Below, in pieces: positions 40,670-49,940 of a stretch of DNA of 64,000 nt. The stretch comes from a virus, in the IMG/VR virus record IMGVR_UViG_3300032313_001582, positions 15,725 to 79,724 of that record. One strand, given 5' to 3'. How positions within the stretch are numbered: the stretch's first letter is position 1; every line of letters starts with the position of its first letter. The notes under the pieces are model-generated. The model was given only the letters and a program-made list of their open reading frames with translations, was not told the DNA's origin and ran no database searches. A program made the translations under genes and the position numbers.

Positions 40670-41317
40670 ATGGAAAAGTGGTTAGATAATGTCACCTACG
40701 GGAATCCAGTAGACAAACTATTGCCTTTTATGAGAGCAGGGGTTTATGACTTCCTGTTGCCAGAATTGAAGCAATATCCTTTTCCAAGCAATTCTTGTGA
40801 AATGACACAAGACGAACTACGCATGCTTATTGAGTTACAAAACTCTGAAGAGCAAAAAAATACAACGATTACCAGTAGATATTTGGACTATGACAATGAC
40901 ATCGCAACCATATTCAAGTCATTTTGTAAAAAAAGATTAAACCAAGACTATGATGAAGAAATTGATGAGTTGATACAAGATTTAGCGGTGTTAATTACCA
41001 AGTTAAAATTTGCTTATCAGCGACCAAGACCTTTTCAAATAGCACAATATTATAAAGCAAGATTATTCCCAGTATTATCACTGGTTGCAATATCTCCTTC
41101 CTATCCCAGTGGTCACACCATTGAGGCAAAAGTAATGGCAGAACTTATAGGAAGTAGACATCCAGACCAGTACGAGTTTTTATCTCGATTAGCAGACGAC
41201 ATCGCCCAAAGTAGATTGTTTTTAGGACTCCATTTCCCAAGTGATAATGACTTTGGATTAATGGTAGCAAAAGCAGTTTATACATCCAAACAATTTACAA
41301 CGAAATATGGACTATGA
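40670..41317 (+). CDS. PAP2-superfamily phosphatase
   Basis: KxxxxRPRP, PSYPSGH, SRxxxGxHxxSD. Confidence 0.88.
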   Translation: MEKWLDNVTYGNPVDKLLPFMRAGVYDFLLPELKQYPFPSNSCEMTQDELRMLIELQNSEEQKNTTITSRYLDYDNDIATIFKSFCKKRLNQDYDEEIDELIQDLAVLITKLKFAYQRPRPFQIAQYYKARLFPVLSLVAISPSYPSGHTIEAKVMAELIGSRHPDQYEFLSRLADDIAQSRLFLGLHFPSDNDFGLMVAKAVYTSKQFTTKYGL

Positions 41318-41723
41318 ATTCAATCTAATACCAATAGGTAAGCCCAGAATGACGCAACGGGATAAGTGGTTAAATCCACCACGTCCCGAAATATTAAAAT
41401 ATCGTCTTTCTCGACACGCGATTCAGGATTATGCAATGATGGAAGGTTTCGTTTTAGGCGAAATTTTAGAAGGTACTTTTATATTGCCTATGCCCAAATC
41501 ATGGAGCAAAAAGAAACAAAAATTAATGGATGGTAAACCGCATTTAAATAAACCAGATTTGGATAATATTATTAAATTCGTACAAGATTCATTAAAACCA
41601 GAAGGCGACCAAATGATTCACACCATAGTGGCAAACAAAATATGGGGTGAAGAAGGTAAAATCATACTTAGACAACATGAAAAAACAACAACAGACTCAT
41701 CGACAAATACAGGCTCTATTTAG
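41307..41723 (+). CDS. rusA: RusA-family Holliday junction resolvase
   Basis: GKPR, PMPKSWSKKK, KPDLDN..K...D. Confidence 0.82.
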   Translation: MDYEFNLIPIGKPRMTQRDKWLNPPRPEILKYRLSRHAIQDYAMMEGFVLGEILEGTFILPMPKSWSKKKQKLMDGKPHLNKPDLDNIIKFVQDSLKPEGDQMIHTIVANKIWGEEGKIILRQHEKTTTDSSTNTGSI

Positions 41724-42120
41724 TGTTTTATCGGATTCACTCAATGACATAGGTGTAATTCAAACCATAAACATTATTAATAAAGGCAGAAAATCAACTC
41801 TTATGCAAAGCGATATTCATTTGACTGCTCAGGCGGTTTCTGAATGTTTTGCTATTCCAATAACAGTCCTATTTGGTAAAAGTAGAAAGTATCCCAGAAA
41901 ATATGCTTTTGCAATTTGGGTTTACATTTGCTATTCGGATTGTAATTATAGTTTAAAAGACTTGAGTGACTATTTACATTGTAGTATGTCAACAATTTCA
42001 AAAGCAAAGATTTTCATGGAAAACTATCCTGAAGACTCGGCATTTAATCAAAAAATACACGAAAAACTGGCTCAAACCAGAGAACGACTTAAACAAATCA
42101 CCACAACTAACACCTTATAA
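41677..42120 (+). CDS. DnaA C-terminal-like HTH protein
   Basis: VSECFAI...LFGKSR....YSLKDLSDYL..SMSTI pattern. Confidence 0.6.
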   Translation: MKKQQQTHRQIQALFSVLSDSLNDIGVIQTINIINKGRKSTLMQSDIHLTAQAVSECFAIPITVLFGKSRKYPRKYAFAIWVYICYSDCNYSLKDLSDYLHCSMSTISKAKIFMENYPEDSAFNQKIHEKLAQTRERLKQITTTNTL

Positions 42121-42131
42121 ATATTTCACAA

Positions 42132-43187
42132 ATGGCAGACAATAATCCACCAGTAGGATTCGGAATTGAATCTCAAAACAACGAATCTTTCTCTCCTTTA
42201 ATGGAGAGCGTTAACCAAAAATCATACACTCGTCCGAACGTAGAGGTTTCGGATGCAACTCCTATTGAAGAACCTGTAATTGTTCCACCATCATTTGAGC
42301 AATTAGAAAGTGGTTTTCAAGCGAGTATGAATGAAAATGAAGTACCTGCTGACGATAGGAAAGTTTGGGGAGGAGATTCTGAACCATCGAGTGCAAATCC
42401 TTATGTAGAAAATTTGGATAAGAAAGACCAAAGAGTTGCAAGTTCAGCCATGGCTGATGCATTTATTGATGGTTATAGTCAACTAATGTCTTTTGCAAAT
42501 AAAATGATTCAGTTCAATATTTCAAAAGTTCAAAAAATGATTAGGGATGGTGAAATCGACCCTAATTTATTAATACCCGTTTCTGGAACTCCAATGACCA
42601 TATTGGAGTACATGCAGGAATTTAACAACCAGACAAAAGATGTAATTACGGTTACTGACGAGTTTAAGGATAAAGTAAGACCTGTGATGATTCGCGTGTT
42701 CATGAAGCGTAATATCGGCATGACTGACGAACAATTGCTTGGTTACTATTTTATAGTTGATATTGTTACGAAGGCGAGCATAGTATTTAGTATCAAGAGC
42801 CAGAATGCAGAGTTAATAAGGAGCATGAAGGAAATGAGTGCAGGTTATACCCAACCTCCTCAAGCGGTCAATACTCAAATAGAAAATCCAGCACCTGCTT
42901 CACAAACCCAAGAAAGAGTTTATGAAGAACCCAAGAAAGAACCTGAGCCCGTAGTGAATACACCCAAAAGGGAGTTTGTTGAACCAGAAGAAATTAAAAT
43001 GACGGAGGAATTCCAAGATGCAACTGTTGTAAATTCAGTAGTGAGCGAAGAACCAATAGTTCGTTCAAAAGCATCAGCAAAAATGCCAAAATTTGGAAAC
43101 GCATCTATTTTAAATCAAATGGAAGAAATTGCATCTAAAACCAATAATACTAAATCAACCCGTGGACGTAAGCGTAAAACATCATGA
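42132..43187 (+). CDS. Hypothetical protein coupled to the packaging ATPase
   Basis: 351 aa; ATGA overlap with the ATPase; acidic/Pro-rich ends, basic tail. Confidence 0.65.
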   Translation: MADNNPPVGFGIESQNNESFSPLMESVNQKSYTRPNVEVSDATPIEEPVIVPPSFEQLESGFQASMNENEVPADDRKVWGGDSEPSSANPYVENLDKKDQRVASSAMADAFIDGYSQLMSFANKMIQFNISKVQKMIRDGEIDPNLLIPVSGTPMTILEYMQEFNNQTKDVITVTDEFKDKVRPVMIRVFMKRNIGMTDEQLLGYYFIVDIVTKASIVFSIKSQNAELIRSMKEMSAGYTQPPQAVNTQIENPAPASQTQERVYEEPKKEPEPVVNTPKREFVEPEEIKMTEEFQDATVVNSVVSEEPIVRSKASAKMPKFGNASILNQMEEIASKTNNTKSTRGRKRKTS

Positions 43188-43996
43188 GAGAACCATTATT
43201 AGGTGTTGCCGTAGGGCGAAAAGGAGTTGGAAAATCATTTACAACCAATAAATTAATCGAGCAATACGTTGTTGGTAATTTGGCTTCTGGCATATTGCCA
43301 AGAAAAGCCTTGATTCTTGATGTAAACGATGAATACGAACACATCAAGGGAATTGCAGTAAAAGATTTGATTCGATTTTCTGTTCATCCCCATGTAGAAG
43401 CAAGAAGAATAAGACCTTTTCATCCAGATGGTAAGAAAATGCGATTGGATGATTTGGCTTCAACATTGAATCTTGTTCTTGAAACTTTTACTGGTGGATT
43501 ATTACTTATCGAAGATATTAATCGATTTGTTTCAGATATGATGCCACAAGATTTAATGGGGGCGATTGCTACGAATCGCCACAGGGATTTGGACATCATA
43601 CTGCATTACCAAGGTATTGGGCGTATAGGACCGAAAGTATGGCAGAATATTAACTGGCTTCGTTTTCATAAAATTACCGAAAGTGCCCAAAGACACCAAC
43701 GTAAATATGAAGATAAATACGAACTAATTAGGATTACTGAATTAATGGTTAATAAAGAATTTTTTCAAGGGAATGATAGATTCTATCAGTATGTTGATTG
43801 TGAGAACATGCGTTTAATGGGGCATGTAGATTTGGACAAGTTTGAGGAGGCGTGTAAGCAATATTTAGAAGAAAATTATCGCAAAACAATTACTCCATTA
43901 TTACAAATTCGTTCAGAAGGTAATAAAAAGAAGTGGACACACGAATCTGCTATGAAGCATGAATTGGAAAGATTGAAAAAAATGTATTTAAAGTAA
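43184..43996 (+). CDS. FtsK/HerA-superfamily genome-packaging ATPase (A32/P9-like)
   Basis: Walker A GRKGVGKS at the N-terminus, Walker B LLLIED, NRHRDLDIILHYQ (R-finger plus Q motif); 270 aa, no nuclease domain. Confidence 0.78.
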   Translation: MREPLLGVAVGRKGVGKSFTTNKLIEQYVVGNLASGILPRKALILDVNDEYEHIKGIAVKDLIRFSVHPHVEARRIRPFHPDGKKMRLDDLASTLNLVLETFTGGLLLIEDINRFVSDMMPQDLMGAIATNRHRDLDIILHYQGIGRIGPKVWQNINWLRFHKITESAQRHQRKYEDKYELIRITELMVNKEFFQGNDRFYQYVDCENMRLMGHVDLDKFEEACKQYLEENYRKTITPLLQIRSEGNKKKWTHESAMKHELERLKKMYLK

Positions 43997-44109
43997 ATAC
44001 ATCACAAAGCCAGTAAATACCATTACTGCACTAAGTAATTTCAAGTAAATTACTAATTTCCATTTTCATTTAAAAATTTAGGTGTAATTAATTAACTATT
44101 AATGCAAGG

Positions 44110-44117
44110 TATTTTTG
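44110..44117 (+). promoter_or_regulatory. Promoter -7 element for the capsid operon (TATTTTTG)
   Basis: TAnnTTTG in the 170-bp intergenic region, downstream of AGTAA[A/T]T repeats. Confidence 0.5.
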
Positions 44118-44167
44118 AATCACTTGCAAATCTGTATTTGTAAGGAACAGAAAAACACACCAAAAAA

Positions 44168-44290
44168 ATGGAACAACTAACTCCTATCGTTAAACAAATT
44201 GGAATTTTTGTAGTCGCTTTTTTGATTGCCAATCAAATTCAAAAGGCAATCGACAAAGCCAGAACTTCAGCACCAGAAATTAAACCTTAA
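44168..44290 (+). CDS. 40-aa membrane peptide upstream of the capsid candidate, absent from the ORF track
   Basis: MEQLTPIVKQIGIFVVAFLIANQIQKAIDKARTSAPEIKP; A-rich leader. Confidence 0.65.
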   Translation: MEQLTPIVKQIGIFVVAFLIANQIQKAIDKARTSAPEIKP

Positions 44291-44318
44291 ACCTTAAAAA
44301 ACTTAAAAACTTAATACT

Positions 44319-45011
44319 ATGAGTATTCGTAAATATCTAATGGATGCACAAGCGAACGCAAACGAAGGCTTCCTTGGTGCTGATGGCTTCTTTGACGATG
44401 GATACAATTTCACCGCCAATGATGATTTCATGGGAGCAGATGGCGACACTATGCCCGCCGCTGCGCCTACCTCTCAACCTTACATCATCCAAGTGGCTAA
44501 CACTGGCTCTGCCGTAAGTTCTTTCCAAATCTTGAACTCGTTCACGTTCATCAACAATGCTGGTTTCTCTAACGGAAGTTTGTCAATTGGTGACGTAACT
44601 ATTTCAAGTGCTATTCCAAACGTAACTTACCAACAGATGTTGTATCAGTTCATGAACAACCCTTATAGCGTAGGTTTGACGTACATCCAATCGGCTTCTC
44701 AGAACCAGTTATTGCAAACCATCAGCGTTTCTACGCAAGATGCGAATGGTAACTTGGCTCAAAAGCCGTTAGTGCCGACTATCGACCCATACCAGTTGCA
44801 GACTACCGTGTTAGCGATGCGTTATGGATACAAAATCGACGGTTTCACTGGTTTGATTCTTAATCAAATCTTGGCATCTACCACCGTAACCATCTACTTG
44901 TACCCAAGTGATAACATCAACTTGGCTCGTGGATTGGCAGGTCGTCCTGTTTCTCGTGAATACGGAAGCCCAGGAATCGTGCGTAGTCAACCCGTTAAGT
45001 TGGTAGGTTAA
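44319..45011 (+). CDS. Candidate major capsid protein (jelly-roll-like, beta-rich) with acidic N-terminal arm
   Basis: Downstream of the packaging ATPase; strong C-ending codon bias; alternating beta pattern; own terminator; fold not verified. Confidence 0.62.
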   Translation: MSIRKYLMDAQANANEGFLGADGFFDDGYNFTANDDFMGADGDTMPAAAPTSQPYIIQVANTGSAVSSFQILNSFTFINNAGFSNGSLSIGDVTISSAIPNVTYQQMLYQFMNNPYSVGLTYIQSASQNQLLQTISVSTQDANGNLAQKPLVPTIDPYQLQTTVLAMRYGYKIDGFTGLILNQILASTTVTIYLYPSDNINLARGLAGRPVSREYGSPGIVRSQPVKLVG

Positions 45012-45030
45012 TCCAATCCAATCAAACACG

Positions 45031-45067
45031 AAAAAGGGCGAGGCGAGTTTCGTCTTGCCCTTTTTTT
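45031..45067 (+). terminator. Rho-independent terminator
   Basis: AAAAAGGGCGAGGCGA-gtt-TCGTCTTGCCC-TTTTTTT. Confidence 0.9.
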
Positions 45068-45084
45068 ATTAAAACAAAAAATTA

Positions 45085-45495
45085 ATGAACATCTACGAAT
45101 ATATCGCACGCTCCAATCCTCAAGGGGCACGAATGGTAATTCAGCAATTCGGTTACAGAATTACTGACAATAAAAAAATGGGCGATAACCTTCGTATGTT
45201 GGTCGCACAGGAAGGTGAACCAGCATTAAGAGAAATTGCCAAATTACATCCAGATAGGGATTTGATTCTTGAAGTTTTTAACGAACCTAAAGAAGAAAAA
45301 CCATGTACTTGCAAGGATAAAAAGAAGGAAGAAAATTTCTATGGTGCTGATGCAACACTTTCAAGTGCAGTTTTAGCGAACAACCAACAACAAAATCAAG
45401 CATCAGATAGTACAAAACTCGCGATGCAAACAAATTCAATGCTATTTTTAGCAACAACTTTAATTGTAGTAGCATTAATCGTAAACAAAAAATAA
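45085..45495 (+). CDS. Tail-anchored membrane protein
   Basis: C-terminal TM + KK; FYGADA motif. Confidence 0.7.
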   Translation: MNIYEYIARSNPQGARMVIQQFGYRITDNKKMGDNLRMLVAQEGEPALREIAKLHPDRDLILEVFNEPKEEKPCTCKDKKKEENFYGADATLSSAVLANNQQQNQASDSTKLAMQTNSMLFLATTLIVVALIVNKK

Positions 45496-46478
45496 TGGCA
45501 CAAATACAATCCTCAAGTTTATACGCCATCACTGCGAAGACCATTGACACTCGTCCTAATGAAGTAATCGCTTTGATTCGTAAAAATGGTGTTATGATTC
45601 CCGATGGGGCTTCGTCACAGACCATTGACAAAGCATTTGCAACTTTAATCACTAAAAGCAAACCATTTCAACAACAATTTGCTCAATTGGCAACTAAAAC
45701 CGTAATTGAAGGAAACGCAACAATTTCTTTTGATGGTTCAGTTGGTCAAGATGGGGCATTTAAAAAATCAAATTTGATGTTTGATGGCTCAGTTGGTAAA
45801 GATGGGGCATTTAGAAATTCAAACCTCATGTTTGATGGTTCAGTTGGTCAAGATGGAGCATTTAAAAATTCAAGTTTGATGTTCGATGGTTCAGTTGCCA
45901 GAGATGGTGCATTTAAGAATTCAAATTTGTCATTTGATTCTTCGGTGGCTCAAGATGGTGCTTTCGATAATTCTAACTTGTCATTTCACGGTTCTTTGGC
46001 AAAAGATGGTGCGATGCCCATGAGTAATTTCAAGGACGTTTCAAACGAAGTAAACTTTGAAGGTTCATTCCCTATGAGTAGGTTTGATGACGTTTCAACT
46101 GAAGTTAATTTCTCTGGTGCAGGTATTGGAACTACAAGTTCTGCTCCAAAAGCACCAGCACCAATTACCTCTCCTTCAAAAAGTACTCCAACTTCAAGTG
46201 GTTCATCAAAAAAATCTGGTGCTGGATTCGGTTCATATTTTACCCCAGAGTTTGTTCAAAGTCTTTTAACAACAGGACTTGGAGTTTGGGCTTATAGCAA
46301 GACTGGTCAGACACCACAACAAGTTCAAAACAACTTGGAAGAAGGTAGAAATGACCCTGCATATAACCAGAACAATCCCCCACCAGCAAAGGGTTTAAGC
46401 ACTACTGGTGTAGTTTTAATTTCTTTGGGAGTTATTACTGCAATTGGTGTTGCCGTTTACTTCATGCGTAAAAAATAA
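45495..46478 (+). CDS. Tail-anchored membrane protein with 17-aa FDGSV repeats
   Basis: Six FDGSVxxDGAFxxSxLx units; C-terminal TM + RKK. Confidence 0.75.
   Translation: MAQIQSSSLYAITAKTIDTRPNEVIALIRKNGVMIPDGASSQTIDKAFATLITKSKPFQQQFAQLATKTVIEGNATISFDGSVGQDGAFKKSNLMFDGSVGKDGAFRNSNLMFDGSVGQDGAFKNSSLMFDGSVARDGAFKNSNLSFDSSVAQDGAFDNSNLSFHGSLAKDGAMPMSNFKDVSNEVNFEGSFPMSRFDDVSTEVNFSGAGIGTTSSAPKAPAPITSPSKSTPTSSGSSKKSGAGFGSYFTPEFVQSLLTTGLGVWAYSKTGQTPQQVQNNLEEGRNDPAYNQNNPPPAKGLSTTGVVLISLGVITAIGVAVYFMRKK
45729..46020 (+). repeat. 51-bp coding tandem repeat (about 6 units)
   Basis: Units start at 45729, 45780, 45831, 45882, 45933, 45984. Confidence 0.85.
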
Positions 46479-46481
46479 ACC

Positions 46482-46709
46482 ATGGAGAACCAGTTTCAAG
46501 AAGCCTTGGACAACATAAAGAAATTGAGCAATCAAGATGCTCACGATACTTTTGTTGAAAAATTTCGCACTTCGATTAAAGGAAGTGCGGTAGGCTTAGT
46601 TACTGGCTTACTTTATGGATGGTATTCCAAAAGGAATTTATATGTTACTGGTATTCTGGGTGCAATAGCAGGTGGAGCAATCAATTATTTCGTATTTCAA
46701 AGAGATTAA
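46482..46709 (+). CDS. Small Gly-zipper membrane protein
   Basis: Two GxxxG hydrophobic segments. Confidence 0.7.
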   Translation: MENQFQEALDNIKKLSNQDAHDTFVEKFRTSIKGSAVGLVTGLLYGWYSKRNLYVTGILGAIAGGAINYFVFQRD

Positions 46710-46710
46710 G

Positions 46711-47019
46711 ATGAAAGTAGTAGCATTAAAAGATTTAAACTTAGGTGGTATTGGAATCGTTGCAGTAACCAAAAAAAAGGGTGATGTATTTGAATTGTCA
46801 GATACACAACCCGTTGGTGGTAAAATACTATTTTACGATGAGTTCGGTACTGGTAAAAAACTTCCTTTAGTTTTAGGTACAGACATTAGTATCGTTGAAG
46901 AAAATAAAGATTCTGTTATGGATGAAGACTCGAAGCGTAAGAAACAGGGCAAATTAATTTTTTTAGGGGGTGCTTTATTATTAACCTATCTCGTATATAA
47001 AATCATAAAATCAAAATGA
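46711..47019 (+). CDS. Tail-anchored membrane protein
   Basis: Start MKVVAL; C-terminal TM + KIIKSK. Confidence 0.7.
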   Translation: MKVVALKDLNLGGIGIVAVTKKKGDVFELSDTQPVGGKILFYDEFGTGKKLPLVLGTDISIVEENKDSVMDEDSKRKKQGKLIFLGGALLLTYLVYKIIKSK

Positions 47020-47306
47020 AAATCTCAGCAGAATTTTGGATGGCAGGTATAGTTTTTTTGGTTGTGGGTTTAAAACTCGCAAACCATGAAGACAAAAAGC
47101 AGACGATTGTGGCTCAGAAAATGGGCGATGACTTGGATTTTATGGGTCGTGATGACTATTTTGCTGACATGGCAGGAGGGATAAACGTATTTAAGAAAGG
47201 CTCTAATATTACAAATGAAGATTTTGTTATTGGCAGAAATACACCACCACCCTCAATTACTTTACCACGAAAAGTTAGAATTACAAATAGAACTGAAGCC
47301 ATTTAA
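47016..47306 (+). CDS. N-anchored membrane protein
   Basis: N-terminal TM. Confidence 0.65.
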   Translation: MKISAEFWMAGIVFLVVGLKLANHEDKKQTIVAQKMGDDLDFMGRDDYFADMAGGINVFKKGSNITNEDFVIGRNTPPPSITLPRKVRITNRTEAI

Positions 47307-47317
47307 TCGATACAAAA

Positions 47318-47407
47318 ATGACAAAAACTCAAAAAGCACTGGCAACAATTTTTTTAGTTAGTGGCATTTTGTACTTTATGTTCAAAACGCCAAAAGATGA
47401 CAAATAA
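47318..47407 (+). CDS. 29-aa membrane peptide, absent from the ORF track
   Basis: MTKTQKALATIFLVSGILYFMFKTPKDDK; TAATG coupling. Confidence 0.6.
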   Translation: MTKTQKALATIFLVSGILYFMFKTPKDDK

Positions 47408-47913
47408 TGGAAAAAAACACTAAAACCATATTAATAGTGGGTGGGGCGGTAGCCGTTCTCTATTTGCTATTACGCAACAGGAAAGATACCACTCTCATTA
47501 TTGAAAAACAGGGAGAAACTGTGTTTGTGCCGACACCATCTGTGTCTACACAACCTGCAAGCACTTCTGTGACTACTTCTGGTAGTACTACTGGTTCTGG
47601 TACTGGTGCTTCTGTTAGTCAGAATTCTGGTGGATTAACAACAGATAATTTAATAAAAAATACAACAACCAATACTGGTGCTGGTGCTTCTACTGGTGTT
47701 TCAGTTGGTGCTGGAAAACAAGACCAATCGAGTGCAAGCATTCCATCTGGTGGAATCACTGGTGTAGATACGCCTACTGGTGGAGGTCAAGTTCAAGACT
47801 ATGCTCGTCCTATGACTGGAACTGCTGGTGGAAATGTAGTTGTTGCATTTGATGGGTTTATGTACTCATCCAATGGAAAAAAATTAACCTTGAATGATTT
47901 AATAAGAAACTGA
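47407..47913 (+). CDS. N-anchored Gly/Ser/Thr-rich membrane protein
   Basis: TM, low-complexity stalk, MTGTAGG..FDG C-terminus. Confidence 0.7.
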   Translation: MEKNTKTILIVGGAVAVLYLLLRNRKDTTLIIEKQGETVFVPTPSVSTQPASTSVTTSGSTTGSGTGASVSQNSGGLTTDNLIKNTTTNTGAGASTGVSVGAGKQDQSSASIPSGGITGVDTPTGGGQVQDYARPMTGTAGGNVVVAFDGFMYSSNGKKLTLNDLIRN

Positions 47914-48470
47914 TGGAAAAGAAATATATCATAGGTGCTGGTCTTGTAGCATTAGGCTTGTTCGCGTATAGCAGATACGCTAAGAAAGACGAATCTGGGC
48001 AACAAGAAGAACAAGGTGGTGGCGGTGGCGGTATTGGTGGTGGCGGTTTTGGAGGTGCTTTTGTAAATCCAATTACAAATCAACCAACAACACCTTCAGC
48101 CCCTTCAACTCCTGCAAAAGTTGGTATTACTCCAGTGACGATTAAAAATCCAACGATTCTGAAGAATTTAGGTGCTGGTACACCAACCGCGGCTACGACA
48201 TCATCAACTGGTGCTGGGGCACAATCTGGCGTTACGATGCCAACTGGTGGTATTAAACCAGTTGTTAGAACTGGAAGTTCAAGTACATCTTCTTCTGGTA
48301 TTGGAAATACGGGTGTTGGTGTAACTAACACTGGTAATATTTCAGGCGTAGGTTCAACCATGACTGGAACTGCTGGTGGAACTGTATTTAAACCTTTCGA
48401 TGGATGCGAGCCAAACAGAAGAAGAACTCTCTTTCTTAGTGACCTTGTAAGGTCTTGGAATAGACCATAA
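47913..48470 (+). CDS. N-anchored Gly/Ser/Thr-rich membrane protein (paralog of the upstream gene)
   Basis: Same layout and shared MTGTAGG..FDG..L.DL.R C-terminus. Confidence 0.7.
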   Translation: MEKKYIIGAGLVALGLFAYSRYAKKDESGQQEEQGGGGGGIGGGGFGGAFVNPITNQPTTPSAPSTPAKVGITPVTIKNPTILKNLGAGTPTAATTSSTGAGAQSGVTMPTGGIKPVVRTGSSSTSSSGIGNTGVGVTNTGNISGVGSTMTGTAGGTVFKPFDGCEPNRRRTLFLSDLVRSWNRP

Positions 48471-48481
48471 AAAATAACAAT

Positions 48482-48655
48482 ATGCCATACAAAGTAAAAA
48501 TTCGTAATAAGGATATTTTTGATGAAACCTTTACAACAGAAACATCCGCAAAGCAAGCGAAATATTTCGCGATAATTGGTGCAAAAAACAATAGAGGTGC
48601 TTTTCGTGTCATGGATGCAAAAATTGTAAAAGTGGCTAAAGCCAAAAAGAAATAA
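48482..48655 (+). CDS. 57-aa basic protein, absent from the ORF track
   Basis: MPYKVKIRNK...KVAKAKKK fills the gap; A-rich leader. Confidence 0.55.
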   Translation: MPYKVKIRNKDIFDETFTTETSAKQAKYFAIIGAKNNRGAFRVMDAKIVKVAKAKKK

Positions 48656-48676
48656 TCAACTTAAATTTTCAAATAT

Positions 48677-48946
48677 ATGTTAAGCGCAAACGCAATGTAC
48701 AAGCAATCGGGTTCAACCTTATCATTTAAGGACTGGCTTGAAAGAGAAAAAAACAAAGGACAATTCATACCTAACATTCAAGCACAAATGGAATTTGAAA
48801 ACGCTGATGGGTCACAAACTGCCCAAGAAGATATTAAGGGTGCTGGTCAATTAGAAATTGGCAGTATCATTGGTAAAAACCTTTTAATAACTCTTGCTAT
48901 TGTTGCTGGAGGTGTTCTAATTTATCGATATTACAAGAATAAATGA
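48677..48946 (+). CDS. Tail-anchored membrane protein
   Basis: FENADG motif; C-terminal TM + YRYYKNK. Confidence 0.7.
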   Translation: MLSANAMYKQSGSTLSFKDWLEREKNKGQFIPNIQAQMEFENADGSQTAQEDIKGAGQLEIGSIIGKNLLITLAIVAGGVLIYRYYKNK

Positions 48947-49155
48947 CGCTGACTAAAAAGCAAATAACGAATGGTTTTATTGCGTTGGGTGTAATCATGT
49001 TGATTTACGCTAACAGAGGTTCTTTGCATCCAAACAAAAAGCCTTTAAACGCAAAAGAAGATTCTGACGATGCTATTGATAGAGCCATTAGTAAATTAAA
49101 GTCGGGTGGTGTTGCCGTAAAATCAACTCCAGAAGAGGTAAAAGAGAGCGTATGA
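48943..49155 (+). CDS. N-anchored membrane protein
   Basis: N-terminal TM. Confidence 0.65.
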   Translation: MTLTKKQITNGFIALGVIMLIYANRGSLHPNKKPLNAKEDSDDAIDRAISKLKSGGVAVKSTPEEVKESV

Positions 49156-49940
49156 AGTACAGGATAACAATTGATTATGCACCGATTACCCTCAACGTCA
49201 AGGTAAAAACCGATACTCCAGAAAAACTTCATCTGGTTGTTTACGATGCGTGTTGCCCAGACATCAAATTCACAGAGAGATACAAGACTATCACTGGAGA
49301 TGAAACATTCTATGTAAGAATGCCGATTTCACCAGAGGTTGCCATCGTTGAAGTTTATGGCGACAAGACAGGTAGAGGTGTTAAAAACGCAGATGAGAAG
49401 AATTTCAAAATAGTTTCAGTGGAGAAAACCCCTTTGGAGCGTAGAATCGATATGGATGATATTGGAAATGCTCAAATTCGTTCTTTTGTTGATTTTGCAC
49501 AAAGGTTTTCATATAATGTTTCGAATCTGAAGCCAGATACTACTTACTCCAGCGATGACAATCAGTATTTTATCTTGCTGAGTGAAACCATTCGCGGAAA
49601 CAACGGACAAGAGTTAACAACTCCAGCCAGAGTAGGTCGTAACACGGGAATAATTCAAGTTTCAAAACAAGCGTTTACCAAAATGACCGTACCGATGCGT
49701 ATGGCTATTTTGTTGCACGAATTCAGTCACTTCTATTTAAACGAAAAGATTGATGATGAAATGGAAGCGGATTTGAATGGTCTTCTAATTTATCTTTCTT
49801 TGGGATACCCAAGGATTGAAGCATATCAAGCATTTTTGGAAACCTTTAAAGAAAGACCAAATAACCTGAATAAAGCCAGATACGATTTGATAAACAAATT
49901 TATCAATGATTTTGAAAAAATGAACATGGTAATCAAGTAA
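49152..49940 (+). CDS. Zinc metallopeptidase (HExxH, gluzincin-like)
   Basis: ILLHEFSH followed by EMEAD. Confidence 0.7.
   Translation: MKYRITIDYAPITLNVKVKTDTPEKLHLVVYDACCPDIKFTERYKTITGDETFYVRMPISPEVAIVEVYGDKTGRGVKNADEKNFKIVSVEKTPLERRIDMDDIGNAQIRSFVDFAQRFSYNVSNLKPDTTYSSDDNQYFILLSETIRGNNGQELTTPARVGRNTGIIQVSKQAFTKMTVPMRMAILLHEFSHFYLNEKIDDEMEADLNGLLIYLSLGYPRIEAYQAFLETFKERPNNLNKARYDLINKFINDFEKMNMVIK

Noticed and set aside
43184-43996. Terminase large subunit or conjugative VirB4/TraG ATPase
   Set aside because: Too short, no nuclease domain or TM anchor, and no T4SS genes nearby
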